This document shows positions 37,304-50,950 of a stretch of 64,000 bases of DNA, in pieces. Made by a program: the position numbers and the translations under genes. Within the stretch, counting starts at the first letter, position 1; each line of letters starts with the position of its first letter. A model generated the notes under the pieces. That model was not told the origin of the DNA. It ran no database searches and worked only from the letters and a program-made list of their open reading frames with translations. The DNA is from Octopus sinensis (lineage: Eukaryota), in NCBI RefSeq assembly GCF_006345805.1, contig NC_042999.1, positions 128,836,001-128,900,000 of the forward strand, written 5' to 3'.

Positions 37304-39104
37304 GAATATATAATGTTAGAAAAACATAAGTTGGTTTATGTCTGAGAGAGAGAAATTGAAAGTAAAATAGATGACAATCATATGGAAAGTAATACATCAG
37401 AGATACATCAGATGGTGTAATATAAAAGAGAATATATAATAATGTGTTGGTTGGTTTATGAAAGAGAAAGAGAGAAAGAAAATGGGAGGGATGAGAAAAT
37501 GTCAATGATATGAATATGTAATTCAAATGGATAATATATGCTGGGTGGAAAATTACTGCAAGATGGTGGTAGATAGTATGAGAGACAATGGTAAGCCAAG
37601 GAAATTTGAGCTGAGATAGATTAAACTTTACATAATTATCATGGTGTGAATTCTTTTGTTCATTTATTCTTCTACTGGTTTCAGTCACTGGACTTGTGAC
37701 TAAGATGAAGTACCTCATTCAGAAGTTTAGCCAATTATATTGAACCCAGTACTTCCTGTTGTGCTATTTTTTATTGATCTTATAATAGACATAAAACACG
37801 TTGACATTGGTGAAAAGTGATTTTACTCAGAAAGAACTAAATACCACAAGGTATTTCTAGTTTAACACATTGATTTTGTTCATCAAAGACAATACACTCA
37901 CACACACACATACATTACCTATATATAGGTGATACACATGCACACATGCATGTCACCTATATATATATATATATATATATATATGACCATTCGGAAATAT
38001 AACAATATATATATATATATATATAAGTACTCATGCTGATGTCACATTAAAAGCACTGGTGCTGGTGCCACATAGAAAGCACCCAATACATTCTGTAGAG
38101 TGGTTGGTGTGTTAGGAAGACAATGGAGTCTTACCAGCACCAATGAAACTGTCCAATCCATGCCAGCATGGGAAATGGACATTAAATGATGATGGTGTGT
38201 GTGTGTAGGCACAGGTGTGCTTCCCAACCACATGGTTCTAAGTTCAGTCCCACTGCATGGCCCCTTGGACAAGTATCTTTTGCTATAGTCCCTGGTCAAC
38301 CAAAGGCTTATGAGTGGATTTGGTAGATGGAAGCACATACGTATGTGTGTGTTTCTCCTTGTCTTGACACTGTGATAGTTATAAATTATTGTCACTGTAA
38401 TGCAAGCAGTGTCATTCATTCCCAGTATTCTGTAAGACCATGTCTGGTCATGAGGAAATATTGCCTTTCTTGGAAAATAGGTAGGAGCTGGGAAAAGGAA
38501 GGTCATAGAAAAAAAATCTATCTTAGTAAACTCCATCCAACTCATGCAAGCTTGGAAAAGTAGATGTTAAAATGATGATGACGACAGTGATGCATTTCCT
38601 GATTTTTAGGATAGACATATTGAAGACCTGCATATGGTAAGATATGACTGAAAGGATTGGCATCAAGAAAGTCATACAGCCATAAAACACTACCTCAAAA
38701 AAACCTATTCAGGTCATACCATTATGGAGAAGTAGATGTAAAAAAAATGATGTGGATGATGGTTACATCCAACAGGCTTTCATTCTGATAAACCTGGACT
38801 ATGGTAGAAGATGCTTGTTGAAGATGCTCTGTAGTGGAATTAAATCCAGAAGCATGTGGTTGCAGAGCAAGCATTTTAATCACATGAATATGACTGCACC
38901 CAGATAGTTGTTGGTTGAAAAGTAACTTAAAAAATGGGTGATAAAAATGAGATATATAGCTTTTGCTTCCCAACCACATGGTTCTAGGTTCAACCCCACT
39001 GCATGACACTGTGGGCAAGTGTCTTCTGCTATAGCCTTGGACCAACTAAAACCTTGTGAGTGGATATGGTATATGGAAACTGAAAGAAACCTGTCGCATA
39101 TATA

Positions 39105-39492
39105 TCATCATCATCATCATCATCATTTAGCATCCGCTTTCCATGCTAGCATGGGTTGGACGGTTCAACTGGGGTCTGTGAAGCCAGAAGACTGCATCAG
39201 GCCCAGTCTGATCTGGCAGTGTTTCTACGGCTGGATACCCTTCCTAACGCCAACCACTTCGTGAGTGTAGTGGGTGCTTTTTACGTGCCACCCGCACAGG
39301 TGCCAGACGGAGCTGGCAAACGGCCACGGACGGATGGTGCTTTTTACATGCCACCAGCACGGGGGCCAGGCGAGGCTGGCAATGGCCACGATCGGATGGT
39401 GCTTTTTATGTGCCACCGGCACGGGGGCCAGGTGAGGCTGGCAACGGCCACAAACGGATGGTGCTTTTTACATGCCACTGGCACGGAGGCCA
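39105..39492 (-). mobile_element. RTE 3'UTR fragment with tandem repeats of about 60 bp
   Basis: Colinear with 18898-19180. GGTGCTTTTTA(C/T)(A/G)TGCCAC occurs four times. Confidence 0.85.
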
Positions 39493-39598
39493 TATATGTA
39501 TATATATAAGTAATTAAGATTCAGTTGAATTAGGTACTAAAGTTGAAGCACAAAGTCAGTCTGGTATTACCTGCACAGTTCAAAGTAAGATGAATAAA

Positions 39599-39784
39599 AT
39601 CGAAATAAGTAACAGGATTTCAAGTAATAATGCAGTACAAACATTTCAAGCAGCTCCATTTAATTGAACAATGCAATCATTACAGCATTTTAAATTGATG
39701 TAATGATTGCATTGTTCAATTAAATGGAGCTGCTTGAAACGGTCATAATGCATTACTACTTGAAATCCTGTTACTTATTTTGAT
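39599..39784. repeat. Near-perfect palindrome (arms of about 89 bp), probable Penelope-like pLTR relic
   Basis: 39599-39687 is the reverse complement of 39696-39784. The right arm contains GAAACGGTCATA, resembling a hammerhead 3' half (GAAAC-NNNN-GTA). Confidence 0.65.
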
Positions 39785-39801
39785 ATATATATATATATAT
39801 A

Positions 39802-41064
39802 TCAGATCATTAAGAATGAAATGTCCAATTTTGAACTGAAAGTTTATTTTACTTTATTAGAACAAAAAGCAATGCAGTTAATCAAAGTATGCACCTAAAT
39901 TATCAACACAATTTCACCATATTCTGGCAAAGAAAAATTCTGGAGAGCAAGAGGCGATGAAATCTTGAAAGGCTGTTTTTGCATCTTCTTCAGATTTGAA
40001 GTTTTTTCCTTGTGAAAAGTTGTCTAATGCCTGGAAAATGTGATAGTCAGTTGGTGCAAGGTCTGGTGAATATGGTGGATGACAGAGTACTTCCAAGTTC
40101 AGTTCCAGTAACTCGAGTAGCATTCTTTGTGCAACATGTGGTCAAGCATTGTCTTGCAACAGATTTGGCCTGTCTATTAACCAATCACAGTTGTTTAATC
40201 GCAAGTTCATGCATCATTTCATCCAGTTGGTAGATGTATACATCTACTGTAATTGACTTACCAGGTCTCAAGAAGCTGTAGTGGATGACACCGGCACTGA
40301 ACCACCAAACAGACACCATTAGCCTTTTTGTTGAATATTCTTTGTTGAATTATGTTTTAGTACTTCGTCTGTATCCATCCACCATGCAGAATGCTTGCTA
40401 TTGTTCAAAAGAATTCATTTTTTATCACATGTAACAATATGATGCAAAAATGCTTTGCTTCTTTGCTGTCACAGCAAAGAATAGCAAGTTTCAAAACGAC
40501 TTGTCATTTGATGCTGGTTCAGTTCATGTGGTACCCACTTGTCCAACTTCTTTACCTTGCCAATTTGTTTCAGATTGTCCAATACAGTTGGAATCAAAAC
40601 ACCAATCCTTGCTGCTAACTCATATGTAGTTTGAGATATATCTGCTTCCACTACAGTTTCCAGCTAATCATTATCCACTTTGGTCTCTGTATACCATAGG
40701 GCTGACTCTCAAGAGTAAAGTCGCCAGACTGGAACTTCTCAAACCATCGATGTACAGTGTGCTTCATTTTCCACACCTTCACCAAACACCTCATTGATGT
40801 TTTGAGGTATCTGGGATGCATTGGTTCCACGACAGAACTCATATTCATAAACAACATGAATTTTTATCTATCTATAGGTTCACAAACACTGATTTACAAG
40901 AGAAAACTCATAATATAATCAGACACCATGAATTGCATTTTGAAAGGTGATGATATAACTCTTCAATGTTGTAAAACAAAGAATTGTCAGGATAAAACAT
41001 TAGGGTTAACGACTGTCAAACTTGGTGCATAAGAAAATCAGACATTTCATTCTTAATGACCTGA
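39802..41064 (-). mobile_element. Full-length decayed mariner (DD34D) transposon
   Basis: TIRs TCAGATCATTAAGAATGAAATGTC / GACATTTCATTCTTAATGACCTGA with TA flanks; about 1.26 kb. Fragmented transposase with WVPHEL and HPPYSPDLAPTDYHIF. Confidence 0.93.
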
Positions 41065-41066
41065 TA

Positions 41067-41116
<50 letters not shown>

Positions 41117-41589
41117 TATGTTTGTGTGTCTGTATTTGTTCCCCACCACCACTTGACAACTGGTATTGGTGTGTTTACCTCCCCATAACTTAGCGGTTCT
41201 GCAAAAGAGACCAATAGAATAAGTACCAGGCTTAACAAAGAAAAATAAATATTGGATCGATTCAATCAACTAAAAATTCTTCAAGGTGGTGCTCCAGCAT
41301 GGCCATACCCTAATGACTGAAACGAGTGAAAGATAAATGATAAAAGACATAGCTATCAGAGTATGGCCAGACATGTTTTTACAGACTATTAGAAATGAAG
41401 GACTGTTTGCATGACAGTAAAACTCATTTACAGCTAACATGTGATGTCAAGGCTAGGAGGCACAAGCATGCACATGCTTATAGTCACCTACATACATACA
41501 TACATGATGGGCATCCACTCGTGACTGAGGATTATAGCATCATTGTGGTGGTCACAAGACCATAGTGATGGTCATAACACCATAATGGT

Positions 41590-42535
41590 TGTCTTAGCAT
41601 CATATTAGTCATCATCGTCATCATCATTTTTATGTTCTTTTTTTTCATACTGGCATGGGTTGGAAAGGTTATTCTAAGCCAAGCCAGTTCTTATTTGAAG
41701 TCACTTTCCTCTTTGTATGTTCCATTTGTAACATGTTTCTTTTGACTAAATGCATTTCCTACTACCATCTACTCTCCAGAGTGTTGAGAATATATTACAT
41801 CATCTTAGCAGCACTAGAGATGTTGTTAATGTGCTCATGCTTCATATGCAAACATTGTATAATGTGCCATTTACTCTGAGAGAGAAGGTCTTTGTTGCCA
41901 GCAGAATTAATAGATCCTGAACTTTCTCAAACCCATTCTTACTTTGGCTGCTATGTTTTTAATACAACCATCTCTACCCCTAATTAGATCATCTGAGTAA
42001 CAAATGCCATCAACTACTTCTAGATAGCTTTCCAATTATTTTAAGGAATTTATTTCACATACACACTTACTACTGACTACTATTGTGCATCTGTCACATA
42101 TGCTGTCTATTGTACTTATAACCCTGCCTGTGAATAGACACTACACTTCTTGTGTGTCCATAGTTTACAAAAAATACACTGTATGGAATTCCTACAAACT
42201 GTTTTTCTGCACATTGAGCATGGCCATTTTCCTGAAGATGATAGAGTCTTGTTACCTTTCTTGCTAAAAGATACTTTAGTTTACATGAGGTTTAATTTCA
42301 CCCACTTAAGTTTTGCTTCCAAGTTTATAATTTCTTCTTCAACTCTTTGACCCAACTAGCTATGTGATATAGGTCATTGGCACATAGGAGTTCCCATGGA
42401 CAACCAGTCTTAAACCCCTTTCTTATAGTCTGGAGAACTATAACAAACACAAGGGGGTTGAATAATGAGCCTTTGTGTACACCAACCAGCATACTAAGTT
42501 GCTCATGCAATTCATTGTTAACCCTCACTCTCTCT
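41590..42535 (-). mobile_element. Old decayed RTE LINE fragment
   Basis: VGVHKGSLFNPLVFVIVLQTIRKGFKTGCPWELLCANDL is homologous to the RT of the young RTE. A (CAT)n tail lies at about 41610-41625. Confidence 0.8.
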
Positions 42536-43549
42536 ATCAATAATGGTGGTGGTAACAACCTAGTATGTCACTTAGTTTCACATTCACATATATGTTTTTT
42601 TATCAAGATGATAAATGAAGTGAAATTAAAGTTTTTGATCTACACTCACCACCCTTATATACACTATTCTATCTTCTGATGGAGTTTTCTTCCAATTCTC
42701 AAAGTTAAAAAAAAAAAAAAACATCACTGCAACTTCTATAATAATTTACAGGTCTCCAACAAAGTTAATATGAATTCTGATCAAGATAGTAACCTCTTGG
42801 GAAACTCCTTCTTTTTGATCTTTCTTAGACAGTCCCTTTTACTTGTGTTAGAAAGCTACTAAACTTTAATTTCTTAATAGAATGAGTTGATACAAGGGAA
42901 ATCATTATTGATTTGCTGAACACCTATCCATTATTTATTTACTCAATAACAATTTCATACAGAATAAGCAACTTTATCAGTATCAACAAGATGTGGTGAA
43001 ATACAGAATGTTGTTTCATAGCTAAGCCATTGTTATACATTATAAATGTGGCAACCATCATAATGCAGTAGTAAATTCTTGAGAAACTAAATCCTCTTGG
43101 GGCTTACTACTTAAAACTAGCTAATTGACTTTAAAATGATCATCAACACTATAAAATTATGATGAAACCAAGACCATTCATTATCCTTGGCACTTTCAAA
43201 GACTTTGACAAAGTGTGACATGCAAACATCCTGACCTGATTTTCTTCCAATACACTCTTCAAGAATTAATTATTTTGTTACCATATTTCTGTTTCTATTC
43301 ATTCTGAAATAATGAAGAATTTAGTAAAATAAGCCATAATAAAGCTAATGTTTGAAATTAGTTCACTTTAAAACAAGAAGTGCATATCTCAGTGACAGAA
43401 GTAGTCATAGACAGGTTAGTATAAAAAAGATTAATTACTATTTAAGGTTTCTTCACTCTACAATATATTCCTGCATACATCAATGGGGTTAGCTATTCTG
43501 TCCCACTACACTGCTGAATTCTCCAACTTTTGACCTGTCACCAGATTTA

Positions 43550-44814
43550 TTGGGTTGTCTGGAAAGTTCATGCTGATTTTTAAAGGAAAGAAAAAGGTCA
43601 ATAAATACTTGCCATTACATTTTTAATCAACCAAATATGAACCATTTTGTTGCACAATGTGTCTCCATCTTTCCTTTAACTTGAAAATACCCTCTTCCCA
43701 GAATTGAGGTGGTTTCACGGCAAAGAATTCATCAAGGTATCTTTTTACGTCATCCAAGGAATTGAAATTTTTACCATTAAGATTATTTTGCAGAGACCTG
43801 AATAAGTGGAAATCCGAAGGAGCAATATCTGGTGAATATGGAGGGTGGGGTAACACATCCCAGCCGAGGTGCAGCAATTTTTGTCTGGTTCTCAAAGAAA
43901 CGTGCAGTCTTGCATTATCATGTTGGAAAACAACACTCTTCCTGTTGACCAATTCTGGACATTTCTCTTGAATTGCTGCTTTTAACTTGTCCAATTGTGT
44001 GCAGTATTTCTCAGAATTAATTGTCTGGTTACTTGGGTGAAGCTCATAGTACAGATTTCCTTTCCAGTCCCACCAGACACAAAGCAAGACTTTTTGGGGT
44101 GAAGACCCACTTTTGGGGTGGCTAAGGGTGGCTCATGTTGCTTACTCCAGGATCTCTTTCTCTGAACATTTTGGTAGATAATCCATTTCTAATCATTTCT
44201 GTCACGATTTGCTTTAAAAAAGGCGCGTTTTCATTCCGTTTGTAAAGAGAATCACAGATGGAAATGCGATCCAAAAGGTTCTTCTCACTCAACTCATGTG
44301 GTACCCAAACATCGTAGCGATTTGTGTACCCAAGCTTTACCAGGTGCTCATGAATGACAGATTTTGATAGCTTGAGGCTTTCTGCCAATTCTCAGGTTGT
44401 GCAATATGGGTTAATCTCAATTAATGGCTTGATTTGATCTGTAGTGGATGGTCTGCCTGATTGCTCTATATCTATAAGGCTACAATCTCCAGCTCGGAAC
44501 CTTGCAAACCACTTCCGTACAGTTCTTTTGGATAAAGAAACATCACCGTAAACTGCGCATATTTCTTTGGTTGCTTGTGAAGCATTTTTCCCTTTATGGA
44601 AAAAGAAAAGCATCAAGTGCTGAAAATGAACTTTCTTATCTTCCATTTTAAAGGGTTACAGAATTAACACAGGTTATAAGAACATAAACCTTCTTCCACA
44701 AAAAGATAGCTTAAACTGTGCTCTAAATGGAGGTGTAGTCAAATCCCATTTTATGGACTCAACCATGTTTTAAAATAAGTCAAAAGATAAGCACAAACTT
44801 TCCGGACAACCCAA
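43550..44814 (-). mobile_element. Full-length mariner (DD34D) transposon with frameshifted transposase (44646->43623)
   Basis: TIRs TTGGGTTGTCTGGAAAGTTCATGC / GCACAAACTTTCCGGACAACCCAA with a TA TSD. Motifs: HTH (RTVRKWFARFRAG), WVPHEL, HDNAR and HPPYSPDIAPSDFHLF. Confidence 0.95.
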
Positions 44815-47239
44815 TATTTTCATAATAGCTACATTCTCTTTCTCATTGATAAGTCTCAGTTTTAAAGATCATGCCCTCTGTATGTTATTGCACATGCTCT
44901 TTCTTGAAGTTTCAAATTCTTAGCTCTGTTAAATTTGTAATGAAGAGACTTGATTTTCTTTTCAAAAACCTTATATACTTAATTATGGAATAATTATTAG
45001 TTATTTACAAAATCAAAGGACAGTCTAAAATGAAGAACCATTCTAATATCTGGCATTCTAAGTCTCGTTTAAAGAAGAAAGTCACTTAACCAATGGTACA
45101 TGGGATGGAATGCTTCACATTATTTGTTCAGAGCCCCTGTATCCTGGGTTCAAATCCTTCTAAGGTCAACTTTGTTATTCATCTTTTCAGGTTGATAAAG
45201 AAAATGTACTGTTCTAGGGTGACAGATTAGCAAATATCACAAGGTTTCTGTCGGATTAGATATGTGATATTGCTGTAACTCTGAGTTCAAATCCTATCAT
45301 GAGTGGTGGCTTTCTGGTCTTTGGATGCTTCTAGCAGACTCAGCTCTTTTGCAAGCATTCAGGTCATGGTGATAAATACCTTTCCTCCCTCTCTTCTCAC
45401 CAGTCTCAGAGGTCCTGTAAAGTAGCATTAGCATTGCCTTTCCTCCTGACTAAAAGATGAAAAAATTTAATTATTAACTCTCCATTAGACAACTTTCAAA
45501 TCCTAGTTAATGATTGACTAGCAACATAACTATCCCCCCCGCTCCTCCTCTTCCCCCTCCCTCCTCCTCCTCCTCCTCATCATCATCATCGTTATCAGCA
45601 GCAATATTCTACTTTCCATTTTTAGTAAAAAGTTTAAATATTTAATAACTTTTCATAAAAAAAATAGTATTGATAAACCAGCAATAAATATGCTTTTACA
45701 GTTCCTATCCCCACTTCATATTTATTGTTTGGCATTTGATATTCAATAAAATTTCTATAGAACAAAGCCAGTCCTTCACACTAAACAGCTAAACATTTTT
45801 GAAAAACAAAATCTCTGACTTTGTGTGTAATCATGTTGCACACAAAAATAAATAAAAATAAGTGTCATCTGATAGCTGTCGGTAATTTTTCTTTCCTATG
45901 TCACCAGACTATTGAGTTATTGCTTTCAAGAACTAATTTGTCAATTACTTTGTTATCTTGAGAAATTAAAACTCAAAGTTTTGGTTAAGCCTAAGTGCGC
46001 ATGGCAGGACTGGCAACAGACTTTGACATTTCTCTTTTACTGGAAACTTTTCATGGCTAGCAATGCTGTAATGAATAATTTACTAGCAGGTAAAATATGC
46101 TGGAATAATGCAAACTTTTTCATCCACTTACAAAATATTAACTGTGGAAATAATTGATTTTATCTTGTTGAGAAATATGTGAGATGAGAAGCAAGCTGTC
46201 TCAGCTATATGTGTGTTCTTAGTAGCTAGCTCACAGTTGGTGATAGCTGATAGATGCACTATGAAAAAGAAAAGCAACAGATTGTTACACACAACAAAAA
46301 TTTCATCTGTTGCTATATTTTACTATTAGTTAGTTGATGGAATTAATTTGAAACTGATTTTTAGATAACTCATTGTATATGGCTGGCCATAGCTTCATGG
46401 ATTGTTTCAATATTTAATTCACAGCAGTTCATTGGTTTTTATTTAGATCTTGCTGCTTCTGTGTTTTTCTATTCACCAAAATGTAATTCTGGATAAACTA
46501 TGACAGTATAATATATATCTCATCTCGGACAATATTGAGGATTCAACAAGGAAAAATCTACTACACTCTGATTACAATTGCTCATAACTGCCCATTGCTT
46601 CGACTATTTTCCTTTTTAAATAAGCTTGTCATGCACATAAAAAAAAAATAAAATAAAATAAATAAGAAATATAAATATATAATTATGCATAAAAAACTAT
46701 TTTTCTCTTCATGAAATCCAAACTTAATATTTGCTTCTGAGACATGACCAATTACATAAATCTTTAGAAAAAATATGAGAAAATAAAACTAATTATGATA
46801 ATAAACTCCAAAATGAAACTGGATCTTACTTCAACAGTAGCTGGAATAATGTTTCATGGCTGGTATGTATATCTGTTACACTTTCATATAATATTTTGAT
46901 TTGCTTTGGTATTTTGATCTGGCATTTCTTAATTTGTCTTTAGTCATTGAGTGTTCTTTCATAGTCAGTCAGTCATTCAGTAAAACATTCTTCAATGTCT
47001 TACATAAAATATCATTTAGTAGAGACTTCTGTGGGGGTTTTTTTTTTGTTGTTTTCTTTTTTATGTTGTTCCTCAAAAAGTTGCTGGTAGGAATGCTAGA
47101 ATTTGCAGGAATTTTGCACCACAATTCTAGTATTCTATCCATTGTTTCAAAAACAAGCCACTACCAACACCATGACAAAGTAGTGAGGGTTGCATCCTCC
47201 TCCTCAGCCACCCCTCCTCCTCCTCCTCCTCTTCTTCTT

Positions 47240-47270
<31 letters not shown>

Positions 47271-47429
47271 GTATTATTATTACTTTTTTTCTTTCTTTCT
47301 TCAAATTTTCTTCTCCATTTCTTGCCAAGTGTTTTCCGTACACCTAGGGCAGAGAAGCATTCCCAGATTATTACACATGCAAATTCACAGGTAAAATATG
47401 TATTAAAAAAAAAATTAATAAATAAATAA

Positions 47430-47993
47430 ATTCATGAATGGATGTAGTTTTCACAACAATTATGCTCTTCTCAGTACATGAGTCGTTCCAGTTAACACGA
47501 TTTTTTGCACTTCCTGTAAGGATGGTAAGCCTGGTATCATTTTCAAATTACTTTTCAGTACCCTTTTTTTTATCATTCCTAGAGACTCTACAATCACTGG
47601 TACTGTAGTCGCCTTGAGATGCCACATTTTTTCAATTTCTATTAGCAAGTCTTTATATTTACTGGTCTTGTCAAATTCTTTCGCCGCTATATTGTGATCG
47701 CAAGGAATACTCATGTCAATTAATAAACACATCTTTTTTGTCTGATCTCTTATTATAATATCCGGTTAATTAACTCTTATAGATTTGTCAGTATGTACGG
47801 GGAAGTCCCAGAGAATCGACACATTTTCTCCCTCAGTCACAGCTTCAGGATGGTGTTTATACCATTTATCAGCAGTTTTGATTTTATAATGCTGACATAT
47901 TGTCCAGTGTAAATACTGGACAGACTTTATTGTTTTGGTCTTTCACAACAATATCTAGTTTATTTGTTTTGATGGTCCAGTCTGTACATACTA
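47430..47993 (-). mobile_element. R4/Dong-like (RLE-endonuclease) non-LTR retrotransposon 3' fragment
   Basis: KWYKHHPEAVTEGENVSILWDFPVHTDKSIRVN*PDIIIRD..CLLIDMSIP..KEFDKTSKYKDL..VPVIV..VQKIVLTGTTHVLRRA matches the PD-(D/E)xK restriction-like endonuclease. It is adjacent to (TAT)n at 47996-48055. Confidence 0.85.
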
Positions 47994-47995
47994 GA

Positions 47996-48055
<60 letters not shown>

Positions 48056-50417
48056 TTCATCATCAACATCATCCTCCACTTCTTCTTCTTTTTCTTCTCC
48101 TCCTCCCATCACACTTTGACTTCAGTCAGTCTTCTTTATCTCACTCAGCAATGCATTCAGTTACTCTTACTGTAACTGATACTCAGTTACTAATTGTAAT
48201 TGTTGTCTGGTGATGTCTGTATAGCAAATATTATAAAGGATGTCTGGTTCTGGATCCCAGTCAATTACATGATACAAAGTCTAATTCCACTACTCATTAT
48301 TTTGGGTAAGTGTCTTCTGCCATAACTTAGAGCCCATACAAGCCTTGTGAGTGAAGTTGGGTAGATACTGCATTGAAGGACATCATAAAGCTGTGTCTGT
48401 TCTTGTTGGTAGACTTAATCTGGTGTTTCACACAGAGCAGGGGGTACTACGAAGATTAAAAACTACCATGTTTAATCCTTTTACTGCAGAAATCAGATAT
48501 ATATCCACTCAAAATTTCATTACCTTTTATACACCAGTCTATCTTTTGTTGATGAATGTCATGTTTGAAACTATTTTTTGTACTGGTGCCATGTTAAAAG
48601 TACCTCGTGCTGGTGCCATGTTAAAAGCACTTGGTGTCATCTTAAAAGCCCCTTGTGCTGGTGTCTTGCTGAAAGCACTGATGCCAGTGCCACATAAAAA
48701 GCACCCACTACACTCTGTGTAGTAGTTGGCATTAGGAAGGACATCCAGCCAGAGAAACCAGGCACTGGAGCCTGATATGGCCCCTGGCCTTATCAGCTCC
48801 AGTCAAACCATTCAACCAATGCCAACATGGAAAAACAGATGTTAAACGATGATGATGATATGTCAAGTTTATTGTGGCAACATGACTTGCAGAAAACACC
48901 AATCTTATTTTTTTGGTAGCCATTAAACATCATTATTGGAATAACCATGAAATCTAATTTCACAGTTAAGAGACTGATAAAATTAAGATGATTTTAAGCT
49001 TTTTGAACTCATCCAACACAGGATACATAGTCTACTTTGCCCTTGGTAAAGTCTTTAAAACAACTAAGATGACTTAGTGTTTGTTCTAGTTCTATATGTT
49101 CTGCGTTCAAATCTTGCTGGGGTTAAATTGTCTTTCATCTTTCAGGGGGTCAATAAAGTAAAGTATAAGTCAAATACTGATGCAAATGCAATCAGTTAAC
49201 CCTTCCCTCTCAGAATTAGTGACCTTGTGTCCAAACTGAAAACAATTAATAAAGAGCTGTTGCTGATGGTGATGGTGCGGGCTAATCTTGTACTAATATT
49301 TGGGGTAGAGCTTGCATTTGTCACCATCACCTGGCCCATGGCTACCTTTGGTGTAACCTGACTCTATTACAAGCATTTGAACAAAGTCTCCAGTTTGAGG
49401 ACAGCTGATATTTGGAATGCCACTATAAATTCTCTTTTTCCAATCTATTTCAGAGCCCCTGCATAAGGACATAGAAGTGCCTTGCTTCTTCTAACTATAC
49501 TATGAAACCCCAACTCACCCCAAAAATGTATAGTTTGAGTGCAGAGAACCTTTATGAAGCTGATAACAGTTATGCTCATTTGATGTTATTTAGGTAGTTT
49601 TGTTGGATAACATGTTTATGGAAAAGTAATGGGCTTTTGATCACCTCTTCATGTTTCTCCTCTCTCTTCCTCCTTCTCATACCATAACAGTCACTAAACC
49701 ACTACCTTCATCATCGTCACCATTTTTGATATCATCATCATCATCATCGTCGTCGTCGTCGTCATCATCATCATCATCATCATCATCACTAAAAGCTGTA
49801 GCATCATTTCATAGTTGTTTATATTGTTGATTTTTCATATCATGTGTCCAGACATCTCTGTTCAACTATAATTGTTATTTTACAAGCTGTATTGTCATTT
49901 GGCATAATAGGAGTAAAGGTTTTGTTGTTGAGAGTCTTTATCACTACATTATATTAAGCTAGAGGAGGTGGAAAATAACACACACAGACACACACGCAAA
50001 CAACACAAAACACACACATACAAGACAAAAAATTAGACAGAAAGAATTTTTTTGTTGTTGTTGTAAATTCCTACGTCAACAAGTAGACACAAATAAAAAC
50101 CATAAACTAGTAATGGTCTGGATCTGCAAAAATTAGAAAATAAAGTTCACAAATATAATAAGTTTCTACGCTGTAATGGAGATGCAAATTCTAATGATTC
50201 AGCTTGAGTCCTTTCTCAGAAGCAAATTCATTCAAATTTATACAAATACCACCACCTCTATCCAACCATAGCAACAAACTTATTGATGCTTACAAACTTT
50301 ATTTAGATGTAAATAATAGTCTGGTAGTCTTTGTATACTTGTATGCCTTTTTTTAACTGACACATAGCTTCTAAATTATATTTAATCCCTATTGTCCACC
50401 ACCACTACTATTGTATA

Positions 50418-50950
50418 TCATGAAACGGGGGGTTACTTTGAACAGTTTTAGACTTCTTATTGCAATAATTTCATAACCTTTTTTTCAATCTTAACTAAAT
50501 TTGACTATGTTAGGGGGACTAAATATCTAAACTGATACATGAAATAAAAATAAGTTGCAGTCAATATTTGATTACTTTTTCTATATAATTGTTGCTGCTC
50601 AAAGTAACCCCAAATTAGGGGTTACTTTGAACAGTAATGTTTTTTTACTTATGGACAAGCACTCTCAAATCCATAGCATCAAATGGAAACCCCCATTCTG
50701 CAACAACTGTAATGTAAGCAACAAATGCTGCTTCTTCTTTTTCACTGAATACTGAAGGGTGACCAGGTTGCCTGCTATGCTTATTGTTCAATCTATGGCT
50801 CAGAGTTCCAACTAGAATTTTATAAACAACATGGCTTTTCGAAGGGTAATTTTCTTTGCTTTAATATCTTTCACTACTTTATCCAGACTCTTTTGGTTAC
50901 AGGATTTATAGCTTCAAGAGCCAGGTTTTCTATTATAAATTCTTGGTATA
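50418..50950 (-). mobile_element. Internally deleted pogo-like DNA transposon (pipsqueak-type HTH remnant, 50645-50949)
   Basis: The minus strand translates, with frameshifts and a stop, as IPRIYNRKPGS*SYKSCNQKSLDKVVKDIKAKKITLRKA..GTLSHRLNNKHSRQPGHPSVFSEKEEAAFVAYI..AEWG. Terminal/subterminal repeats GGGGTTACTTTGAACAG at about 50429 and 50618. The other end is possibly near 51640. Confidence 0.65.

Noticed and set aside
43623-44087. Host SETMAR-like gene
   Set aside because: No SET domain; it lies between mariner TIRs with a TA TSD and is frameshifted.
46901-47429. Hydrophobic, membrane-protein-like ORFs
   Set aside because: Derived from (CCT)n/(CTT)n repeats and T-rich sequence.
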